In this document: piece by piece, positions 11,001 to 22,272 of the stretch
Layout of the letters: the number at the start of each line of letters is the position of its first letter
How positions within the stretch are numbered: position 1 is the first letter of the stretch
DNA from: Spongospora subterranea f. sp. subterranea
Taxonomy: Eukaryota
Direction of reading: 5' to 3'
NCBI GenBank assembly: GCA_049724395.1
Contig: JAUGWO010000127.1
Span: 62,001 to 110,838 of the forward strand
Length of the DNA: 48,838 bases
Notes under the pieces: model-generated
The model's database searches: none
What the model was told of the DNA's origin: nothing
The model's input: the letters and a program-made list of their open reading frames with translations, nothing else
Position numbers and translations under genes: made by a program

Positions 11001-11889
11001 AATTGCAAAGACAAAAGCGAAGAGCGTCCACAGTCATAATCAGACATGGATTCTGTCGTTATATCAACGCTTTCAAAAAAAACCTCTGACTGTAATTTAG
11101 TATTTGTAAATCATGCTCAAACGTACAAGCAGCAGCAAATTGATAAGCGATAAACAACAGCATCGGGTCAATGGGTGGCTCTAAGCGCAAAGAAAGCCAT
11201 AGCGTTGCATGAACTGTTTGTAGTTTATTAATCTTAACTAGTTTATTAATCTTAAACCCAGTAATAGCTCGAGCGCAAACATCCTCAACAATAGAAATTC
11301 GGCAATGGCAAAGATTGAAGAAAACGTCATACTAAAAAAACATTATGCAGCATCTCTGACCTGAAACGAGGCACAGAAAACAATGAAAATGCAAAAGAAA
11401 CCGATAACAATTCTAAATTAATCATTAAATCATCGGAATTTGAAAATGATGATCCGCATCCCTCATTGAAAACTACATTCAACAGCATTAAAACAAAATA
11501 AAAACGGGGTTCGACTCGACAACCATAATCACCTAGAAACCAGCAGGGACCCCAGAGTAGACTGGACATCATTGCGAAATATTCAATGATCATAATGAGC
11601 ACCAGATTGGCGTGCGAAACTGCATCACAACGGGACATGGTTCAGGCAACTGGAAAACGTCTGGCGACGACGACCGATGGCCGAGGCCGGGACAACAGTA
11701 ACCCAACATGAGATCGGACCTGCAAACTGTCAAGGAATACAACAACCCAATAATCTTGAACATCATCAGATGGAGTTGTGGTTTTGGCTCGGTTTCGACA
11801 GCTGTATGACCATGATAAAGTTGCTGATGTTGGCGTCACTTACCGATATTTTGACGAGAAGGCACAACCGTTTGATATCAGAGATACAG

Positions 11890-12590
11890 AGGAATCGGAC
11901 GATCCAATTGATGGTGATATTGGCGACAATCGACAATTAATACAGTCCAATTGATGATGATAATGGCGATAATCATCAATTTAATACAGAAGAACCGGGT
12001 GCTCTACTTGATGATGATAACGGAGACAATCAACAATTAATAGAGCAGAATCGGGTGCTCTACTTGATGATGATAATGGCGACAATCGACAGTCAAAAGA
12101 GAAGAATCGGGCGATGCACGTGAAGATGATTGATTGATGATGATAATGGCGACAATCAAAAAATCAATAGAGAAGAATCGGGTGATGCATTTCATGATGA
12201 TAATGGCGACAATCAACCATCAAAAGAGAAGAACCGGGTTGTAATGACCTGGACGGAACGAACAATAGGCTTAAGCTAAAACTAGAGAGAAGGTTTAACT
12301 AACAGAGACTGAGGCTAAACGTGGTGCTTTACTAGAACTAATAATACGATCTGAGCCCGAAGACTCAGATCGTGGATAGGTAATATGGATAGATATTATT
12401 GACTGGTGTGGAGGATCTAACACGGGTGATCCACTTGATGAAGATAATGGCCAAAATCGACAATCAATAGAGAAGAATCGGGTGATCGACTTGATGATGA
12501 TAATGGCCAAAATCGACAATCAATAGAGAAGAATCGGGTGATCCACTTGATGATGATGATTATAACAACCGATATTCTATATAGAAGAAT
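11890..12590. repeat. ~54-bp minisatellite interrupted by a solo LTR
   Basis: The unit GATGATGATAATGGCGACAATCGACAATCAATAGAGAAGAATCGGGTGATCCACTT, with variants, repeats on both sides of 12240-12422. Confidence 0.85.
12240..12422. mobile_element. Solo LTR (183 bp)
   Basis: TG...CA ends and a perfect 5-bp TSD CGGGT (12235-12239 and 12423-12427). Removing it restores the minisatellite unit. Confidence 0.85.
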
Positions 12591-12641
12591 CAGGTTCCGT
12601 ATTGTCAGCACGAGAGGTAATATAGTGTTCGAGGGAGGACA

Positions 12642-15600
12642 ATGTCATCGCTAGAGTCGGCATCTGATTCCGAATGCGGTACCGTCTGTATTTTAGAATG
12701 CGGTCGTTGGACTGTTTCTGACATACTTGCGCCGACGCTGCCGTGCACCCTTATTGATAGAAGTGTCGCGAATCAGAACTTCGACTGTGATCAGGTTCCG
12801 CTGCGACCAGATGGAAATTGCCGTTTTATGTTTGACGAAGCTTCCAAAAAGCCCAATTTGGTCGGTCGGTACTCCGAGTGGCAATGGCGAGTAACCAACA
12901 CCCGCTACCGTTCGCTGCCATCTGACCCCTTACCGATTAAGATCACCAACAAGGTGTGCACAGGCAACATTGTTTGCTCCAATTTGGGATGTGCATATTC
13001 GCGTCGTCCGAAAACAGAACAATCCGGACAACTTTGAACGAACGTAATATCGCAACTCAGTCACAAGTCTAAAACCTTGAACAGTTGTTTACTTTTTATA
13101 ATGTTGCAGGTGCCGCGTTTGCAGCAGCGACATGGTTCGACTCGTTTGTCCTGCAACATGCATGTGGGTGGAGGCAAAATTCTCTGATCGAGCCATTATT
13201 ATCCATTCTGACCGGCATTCTCATGCCGTGCCACATGTGTTGAAGCCTGACTTTTACTGCAAAAAGATGCTCACTGACAGGATCTGTAATAATCCCATGG
13301 CCAAAGCTGTCACGCTTGTCACCGGCACACCAATCATTGGCTCGGTCTGTGAGATCCATGAATCTTACGGTAACCTCTCAAGAGTAGCGTATTTCCGACT
13401 TCAGGTGTTGCGAGACCTTGGTGTTAGACTTCCAGGTCTCGGTTACTTGATTTATCTGAAAATGTTCCTAAATTTGAATAATCTAGGTTCTGGAGACTCA
13501 TTCATCGATCAAATCCTGGAGTTTCAACTGACTTTTGGCAAAACTGCCGTCATCTTGAGTGATTTCAACATCAATCGAATGCACTTAACTGCTGCTTCGA
13601 GTTTTATGTTGGAAAGGTACAGTTGAATATTTCTTTCATGATTGTTGCTGATTCTCAGCTTGCAACACAATGGTTAGATTCGTCGATGTAGATCCGTTGA
13701 CAGGTCGTGATGGCCAAGGCGCTGTTTCCGATGTTACGTACAGTTTTTTTGATCGAGGCTTTCTTATGACAACCGCAGTGTATTGCGGTTTGCTTGCGCG
13801 ATGGGTCCCGGTGGCTTTTTCTTGGTTGAACGGACTAACTCGCGAGCATTATCGGGCACATTTTGAAGCGATTTTCAGCTGCGCCTCAGCAAGCATTCAG
13901 TCCGCTGAAGCATCGTTGTCTGTACAGGACAAGGTGACAAGATTCAAACGTTTGTGTGGGGCAGTCATGGATTTTTCCAATGCGCAAACATTGAGCTTCA
14001 TCGATGCTTATATTTCGGTACAGTGCTGAAACTCATTGTTATGACATTGCTTACATGTCTACAGATAACGAACAGAATCTTCAACTCACATGGCATTGTT
14101 CCGATTGTTTCCGAATTGAAGGCCGACGCACAATCGCTAATGAAAGGTTGTAGAGTGCACTTTATTTGCTCAGCTCAGCGGATTGACCGCAATCATGCCA
14201 TTGTGGGGCGTGACAATGATGGCAAATTTCTGCAATTAATCATGGAAGCAGTTGAAGAACCCATGCTGCATGCCTTTCATGAAGCAATGAAAATCCTTCA
14301 TGTTGGAATCACATTGATCGTTACGATATAAGAGGTCAAAATCAACTTTTGTTATATCAGGACCGATATCCAAAAGCAAGACCGTGGTTTTCCTGGTGGT
14401 TAAAAGAGAGTGTGGCATGTCTTATTTTTGAATCGCAACGGAAATTAGATCCAGAAGTTGGCGAAAAAAAATGTAAGAGAGGATAGCAATCCCATTGAGT
14501 CGATGCACTCTATATATTATCAAATAGCTGAACGCAAAAATCCTATTGTGTTCGGTCTCTCGGCCTTGATGATTTTTGCGGCAAATAATGAACGAGAGAT
14601 GAATGACCTTCAGCTTGGTCGAACTGTTAGATATGGTACAGAGTGCAATGTTGTCACTCTCAGCGAAGATTGATCAAACTATAGGTGTTCCTGAGAGATG
14701 GAAGATATCTATAGAAAAATACGGGTTAGCACACCCCGAGCGCCGAAGAAGACAACTACATGCACCAAATGAGGGCGAGCGCCCGATACGACTAACTCCC
14801 TCTTGCATGGTTCCAATGCATCAGTGGATTGTGTCGAACTGAAAGGTACCACTCAACGACCTGAGAACAAGGAAACCCCTTCAGTAATTGGCAAGAAGAG
14901 ACCTGGGAACAAGGAAACCCATTCAGGGGTTGGCAAGACCTGGTCGCCCGAAAGGGGCAACAAACGTGGATAAAAACCCCAACACCACTTACCAGTCGTA
15001 CCGACATTCTAACAATACCTGTTACTTAACAGTTCTGTTGGAGGTTCTAGCGGTTTGTCTTCCAAACATTCCAGCCCCTTCAGGTAATGTGGTTCCTTGT
15101 TCCGGCGATACCTTCTTTATCTTCAATTCTTAGACCAACACGACAATACAAGGTCGTGTTTTGCGCGGCTTCTGCAACACGTCAATGCCCGGATGAATAA
15201 GCAAGGCGCTTCCCTGACAAAGGAGTTGACCAAAGGAAGAGAATTTCTCACTACCTGGGTTACTGAAATCGAAAAATTATACAAGCCAGGATCATTTGGA
15301 TGCCCTTTTGAAGTCCTTGCTAGGGTTTTATCTGAAATCGACAGTGATCCTATTTTTGCTCATTTCAAAATGATTGTACAGGTATAGTTTCATTGTATTG
15401 TTGAATGCATTTAACACAAATATGTTTTTCAGAAGGATGTAAGATGTACAAACGGGCATCACATAAAGTCGCGTCCGTTATTTTGGCCGATTTTGGTACA
15501 ACTGTTTTGGTGTTAACCACGGGTGTTTGAATCAAACTTTGTTGTAGGAGCTGAGACAGCAAGTATTTACTCAGTCATCATCAATGTCTCTACAGACCGC

Positions 15601-16074
15601 CGTTGCCGCATTGATTTCTGGTTTTACAGAAGAACTGCATAGAAGCTGCATTCACCCAGGTTGTGATTCGGTATGTGAACAGTCAACTGCATTTAAACAA
15701 CAGGAACATCTCATCGCCACAAATAGTGCAAGCAAGTACAGACCCTAACGATCGAGGCAATGCCAACTTCAGTATTGTTTATCACGTTGCCTATCGGAGT
15801 GCCAGATGATAATGTGCCGCTGGTTGATAGCACGACCATTTTTTGTCCGGATACATTATATGTTCTGAATGAAGAATGGCGTTTGATGGCAAGAATATCC
15901 GCTACTACTATGACAGGATCACACTTTTATGCACACATTCGCCGTGAGTTTCAAGGCATGATGCCGGGATTCTACCACTACGATGATCTACAAAATCATG
16001 GAAGAGCAGTTTTCGATCCAGCTGCTGTAAATTTAAAGCCTAATTCAATATATTTGGCCTATGTCAAGAAATAA
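12642..16074 (+). mobile_element. Spliced, partly degenerate Mutator-like (MULE) transposase gene: GCM-like DNA-binding domain + DDE core + USP-like protease
   Basis: GCM-like W..TN...KVCTGNIVCSNLGC...RP...CRVC...C...HSDRHSH. Core residues SDVT (D ~13730), MDFS (D ~13970), CRVH (~14149) and SNPIESMH (E ~14497). AT-hook-like PGRPKG. Protease motifs NNTCY (~15020) and GSHFYAH...YHYDD (~15922-15987). Confidence 0.7.
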
Positions 16075-16334
16075 ATCAACAAAAGCTAATCAAATGCGTG
16101 CCTAATGTTCGTGCTGACCTGTCCCATGATCGAAGTGATTTGAATGGGCGCCCCAATGCTCGTGCTGACATGTCGGATCATCGGAGTGATAGAATCCAGG
16201 CATCCTTTCTTAAAACTCCTGTTATCGAGATTACTTTCGAACTCCTAAACACATCATCTTCGACAAGAACTCCGGATGATAACTCCAATGAGATACACTT
16301 GAGTGTACATTAACAATATTTTATTCCAACAAAC

Positions 16335-16475
16335 TCGATGACCAGTCAATATATGTTCGGCTGAATCTCCCAGTCAGAATGTGACCAGCTTTTTCTCGCG
16401 CCCTAGTAATTAACTGGTCACATTGACTGGTCGTCTACGCAATTTTTGAAGTGACCAGTTAATGTGACCAGTCTT
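16335..16475. repeat. Cluster of TGACCAG motifs in both orientations (putative transposon subterminal sites)
   Basis: Six TGACCAG/CTGGTC(A) copies within ~140 bp, downstream of the MULE gene. Confidence 0.5.
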
Positions 16476-17344
16476 TTCTAGCCCCCCATATAAAACTACG
16501 CGCATTTTTCAGATTTGAGATTGAAACAAAGTACAGAGTTAAGGTGTCCGCTACTGTACTAAAAAAACATTCTCGTCAAAATCAGTCCAACACAGTTCAT
16601 CTTTAAATGGCTTGAATCTGTTCAACACTTCAAGTCGCAGTTTGACAGAATTCACCAAAAAACAACATCGACGGCAATGGTCACATTCCCGAAACCGACG
16701 CCAATCAACGGACGCCTACTGTATAAAGGGGCTTATTGGGTCCAGATCTGTCCCACGTCTACAGCTACACAACGGTAGGAGGCTTCTGCCTAAATTCAGA
16801 GCCGAACGTGATCAACAGCGACAACGCGACCAGAATAACTGCTTTACCCAGGATATGGGTTTTCACGATCTGGACCCGAAACAGGTGTTGACATTTGTTT
16901 TGCTGTGCTCAAAGCATTGGATTCCTGTAGCTTTATAACCGAACTGCCCCTGTTTCTCAGTCAGTTCTTAACCACATATTTGAGTCCAAAGCGATTGTAC
17001 GAACCGTCGACGTGTACTATGCTGAGCTTGGTCGAATTGAAATAATCCTGACATGCCCCTAACATCGCTCAATGGTCCCGCCTGATCAAGAAGGTTGAAC
17101 ACCAAAGGAATCTGAAGAGACAGCTCACACAGCACTTCACATGAGTTGATGAAACTTGTGCATAATTCTGCCATTGGTCGCATACTATAGATCCGGTAAT
17201 TTATCACCTGAACCAAACCCTATATATAGAATCGATGATCGATGTTTAACATTGAGGAATTAAAACGGAATTCATATCCCCACATGTCCAACAGGACCAT
17301 GACACTCTGTGTTCAATACCCTGTATGAACATCACGACATACAT

Positions 17345-18160
17345 TTGACGTATAGGGAAAGTTCGCACAGGTGGTAGAGCCTATATTTCATGCTCCGAAA
17401 ATTCTGACAAACGTCGAAATGACAAAGTATAGTCCCAGCAACAGAATGGTCACACTCCTCGTAGCCGCTCAACAAAATCTCGAAGTGGTCCCAAATCTTC
17501 CACGACGGCTGAACCGAAGACAGCGTTCGATGCATCCTAGCTTGACGGTCAACGCGCTCACTTTTGAGCAGCCGCTCCCGACATCGTTTGATATTTCTCC
17601 AATCGACGTCATATTTGCTTCCAACCTGATATAGCACCCCAGGTTGTGCAAAAGCTTCGTAAAGGCCGCGCGGAGCACATTTGTTAAAGTTATTTGGACA
17701 AGAACTACGGTATGCATAATGGCGTCAAAAACAGTGCGATTCAAGACGGTTATTCCAATGTGCGGGTTGCCTATGATCACTTCCATCGTGGGTCGCGGTC
17801 TCTGCAGTTTTACACTTGGTGAAAATTTGGCTATCGTAAATGAATCTTTTGCACAACCTGAGGTACTATACAGGTTGGAAGCAAATATGAAGTCGATTGG
17901 AGAAATATCAAACGATGGCGGGAGTGGCTGCTCAATAGTGAGCGCGTTGACCATCAAGCTAGGATGCATCGAACGCTGTCTTCGGTTCAGGCCGTCGTGG
18001 AAGGTACAGACGTTTGGGACCATTTTCAAGATTTTATTGAGCGGCCACGAGGAAGGTGATCATTCTGTTGCTGGGACTATATTTTCTCATTTCGACGTTC
18101 GTCAGAGTTTTCGGAGCATGAAATATAGCTCTACCACCTGTGCGACTTTCCCACATATCA
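17345..18160. mobile_element. Inverted duplication of a pogo-like transposase N-terminal fragment (arms ~17345-17660 and ~17845-18160)
   Basis: Diverged reverse-complement arms. Both encode VGSKY(D/E)VDWRNIKR(W/C)RE, which resembles a Brinker/pogo HTH. Confidence 0.55.
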
Positions 18161-18946
18161 AGCACGAATCGGAACGCAGTTCTTGGGCAGGAATCCGATA
18201 CGACGCGATTCATGACCATTGATGTCAGCATGTGTAGCCACCGCTTCTACGCCGACACCGTTTCCTGATTGAGGAATCGTATGAAAATTAAAATGTTGGT
18301 GAATTAACCGCAAAAGCTTTTGTCGACAGTGACCACATCGCCTATTGTCAAGGTTTCGAGAACCAAGGACATTTTGTTCCTTTCTGAAAAACCTCCGAAC
18401 AATACCAAAACGTAGCCGACAGAGTTCGAAACCCAGCAAAACTGGTTTTTTCACCAGAAACCTACTCCTCGAAGCAAAAAGGGGAATGTGCATTACTACA
18501 TAGGGGCTATTTCGGCAAGAATGACGGTAACACTCATCAAAAGCAGAAACGTTTGCTCGGCAATTTGCGATATGTCATAAAGAATACTCAGATTAATAAA
18601 GTTCCCACAAATCTTCGTCAGTGAAGGTGCCAAAAAGTATCCAATTTTGTTAGAACAAGGTGCTGGATCATTTAGACAGCCGGAAAGACGTTGGGGATCG
18701 GCATTCAAAAGGCTATTAAAACAACGAGATATGTTTTTACTGGCTCTATTGCTCAGCCGCCAGAAGATGAACTGGTTAAGCTCAACACCATACCCTCTCA
18801 GCGGTGTACCAGATTCTGATTAGGCCTAATTTGGATGCTGTTCCGATTAAGCCTGGGCACACTAATCAAAGTCGATCCGCACCGCAACATTCGTTCGAAT
18901 CGCGGTCTTGAACAGGAGTTCGTTCATAATAAATACTCTTATATAT

Positions 18947-21900
18947 TTACAATCGTGAAAGATAATCGTCAAATCGTACCTCGGGTAACGCAGAGAGCTT
19001 CTTCAGTAATGGCGCTACATTTCGATGATATGACGCTGGTGCAAATGATGACGGCGACTGCCATTGTAAATGAAGCGGTAAACATTGAGAACTGGGCGGG
19101 CGCTGAGTTGGCATCGTTAACCGGGTTAACGTCCACCACGTTAAATCTGGATCGATTTTCATCAATTCTGTGAACAGCTGTACAGCTTCGGTTTGGATCA
19201 CTGAAGGAAGTGAATCTGACAAATAAACACTGGTCTGTGTGGCGATATCAGGAAGGACAGAGGCGGAAGATGCAGGAAGGGATAGACAATGTCGAATCAG
19301 GCGTAAAGCGCGTTCTTGCATAGTGATCGATGAGGGATTCAACGCACTGCGGTTTAACGCGGATGAGAGTACCCGCTGCTCGGAGATCATCATCGACTTG
19401 AGGCTGAATCGAAGCAGTCAGACTGGGGGGAGCCAGAAAGTGAGTCACGAGAAGGTTGATACCTAGGCCAGAGTTCTGTGGCAACACGATGGGCGATGAA
19501 ACTAGGGCAGACTTGAACGATAACGTCAGCAACATCAAGGGCCTTACGCAGTACAGAGCGGTTGGCATTGGAAAACCCGAGCTTTAACGGATCCCATATA
19601 AGAGCAACCTAAAAAAACAGGCCATGATTGATGAGCGTAAAACAGGGTTTGATTAAAATCGATCGATAGACCATGGAGGACTGCCGAAAAAAAAAACAAG
19701 TTAACCGTGAACAACTGGTGTGGTAAGCAACAAAAACAAACACGAACAACAATAAAAACTGCGATTTAGGTGTACCTTGGGCAACAACACCTTCTCATTA
19801 TTGCGAATCGCCCAAAGACAAGAGCCCATTAGCTCTAGGGCAACATGTCGGCGATGGAGATCCGGAGTATCGATGAAATGCATAGTCCTTTCGACAATCA
19901 ACAAAATTGTTTTGAAATGAAGTGACAGCTCTGGTTCCATATCTGGTGAAGCGCTATCTTGAATGTTGTCGTCGGCAGCGTCCCCAGCATTGATTTCTTG
20001 TTCGCCCCAATCATGCGGGGGCACCATTTCTTCATCGTCAACATTTTTGAAGGAATCCTGCATTCGCCGATCAAATCGAAATGCTTCTTCAGCCTCACTT
20101 AGCCTCTTTGCAATGTTCTCACCGCTGTAGAACGCAGCGTCGCAGATCAGCGTCATTGGTTTCAACTCAGAAAGAACTGGATGCTCGGAGAGCGCGTTAA
20201 CTGCAGCAAGAAGAACGCGAAGCAAAGAAATGACCAACGCCGGATCGTCTAGTGCGTTGTCTAAACAGGAAACAACAGTCGTAATGGTATCGATTAATAA
20301 CGGAGCTAACGCGGAATCGGACGAAACGTCCAATGTCAGAAGTTTTTCCAGCATACACGATGTTTGAAGAGACGACGCCGACGATGACAACTTGAACGCA
20401 ATGACGTCGACAAGGTAATCGATATTGTCGGCGAGAAGAGCTCCCATACTGTCATGGCCTTGAGAAAGAGCTATTCGGTCAAGAGCTGCTCGAGAGGATT
20501 GCTGTGTGATGACGGATGAATCCGCCAAAGCAGCAACGCTGGGGAATAGAGCATGCATCAAAAGAAGCTGAAAGTTGGGCCCTAGACGTGTCGCGGCAGC
20601 AGCCAGACATCGTAATAAAAATGGCCTCAAAACTGAGTTGGACCACAATGTATCGTCGAGAAACGCGAGAACTAGATCGGCGGTGAAGCTGGGCGATGAT
20701 TTGATGGCGCATTCGGCAATAACAAGATGCTCTGGCTGGGAGTTGATAAGACAGAGGTTGAGGAGATCGCGACTCATTTCGTTTGATCCAGCAGCCACGA
20801 ATCCGCTTATCAGACTGAGGGCCTCTTCAGCAGAAAAGGGGAAGTTAGCCATGTTAACATGGTAAAATGGAGCGCACCTGGCATAGCAACGAGACTCAAT
20901 ATTGAATGTTTCCGATTCAGAGTTACTGAAAATTTACAAAGCATGACCCAACGCCGATACGATCAAACAAATGATCAACAAAAACCAACTACCATTGCTT
21001 TCAATACATGTGTAAGCATAGCAATGGTTTTTTGTAAAAGGAGATTTGTGATGGTGTTTAGCTTTACCATGTGGAATCGCGTGATTCTAGCGCTACCGTA
21101 GTGTTATCGTCCAATGTGACCAATTTCAACATGATCTGCATAATACGCTGTTGATGCATGAGCCAAATCTGGGCCAACTCCTCCTGACTGCATAGGCGAA
21201 AGGCGCGCGTCACTGCTCGAACATCCAAAACATGAGGACGGGCAATAGCAATGCACCCTAGACGATGCATAACAGAGTCGGCGATGTTGACCAGCGGCGA
21301 GCAAGTTCGTAAAGCATCGATTGCAGGGACAGATACGGCCGGAAGAGAATCCTCAGCACCCGATAATAGAACGTCAAACAACACTTTATGGGATATTGCC
21401 AGAGAGGGAAGCAATAATAATGAAGACGCTAACGAAATAACCGAGATTCGAACGCGAGGCGAGGGTGGAGGACCTTCGAATAGCCGTCGACGGACGACAG
21501 TTTGGACCAGGTTGCCAGCATTGTTGGTAAACTCAAGGTTTGATGCGTTATGAGGAATAATAGCAATCATCGCGACTGATAATGTTTCCAGCGCCGTAGC
21601 GATCACGCCGGAACCAGTTTTGAAATCCGCGGCGGCAATGCCGGCGATAGCCGATAGAAGCCCAGGAGCGATGGGGGTTAAGGCTACTGGGGATATACCT
21701 CGCGATATATCGCACACAGCATTAAGCGCTTGGATTCGCAACGTTTTCAATGCTTCCAACCGCGCAGATTCCAACAAAGCGCCGACAACATGCGCCAAAG
21801 GCTTTGAAAAAGAGCTGTCAGAAAGCTGAAGAAGCACGTCCGGCTGAAACAATAATCGCATTAACTGAATTGTGGTCACGCGATGAGATTCTGAGCGGAG

Positions 21901-22272
21901 ACGACGAGATGCAGCTGAAAGGGCACCTAGACAGGTTGGCCAGAACGATAATGGGACTGAGGATCCACATAAAGTTATTAATGATGATATGTAGACCAGA
22001 GCTGCATGATTGTCGGAATCGGAATCTGAGGCAAGTAAGGGGAGAGCGGGATATAGAGCCAAAGCAGCGAGACGATCGAGGATCGGACCGGATAGATTAT
22101 CGAGCTGGGCCCGTATTTCGTGAAGATATGCGGGGGATGGGGAAGCCCTGGCCGCCATGATCACATGCAGGAGAAGGGAGATGGCCGGGTCGTTATCATC
22201 CTGATTGTCTACATGATCAGAGGACGTCTGCCGACTGACAATAGGCGGTGCAGGTGATCTGATTGTCGTCAT
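18947..22272 (-). CDS. TTI1: TELO2-interacting protein 1 (HEAT-repeat TTT complex subunit), spliced
   Basis: Long Leu/Ala-rich helical exons (21064-22272, 19701-20852, 18947-19393) with motifs PGLLSAI, LLADNIDYLVD, LLPKVH and IDPDLTWWTL, typical of TTI1. Confidence 0.72.

Noticed and set aside
17469..18222. 186-aa and 192-aa overlapping ORFs as real genes
   Set aside because: They span the inverted duplication, and the recognisable HTH motif is in a different, broken frame.
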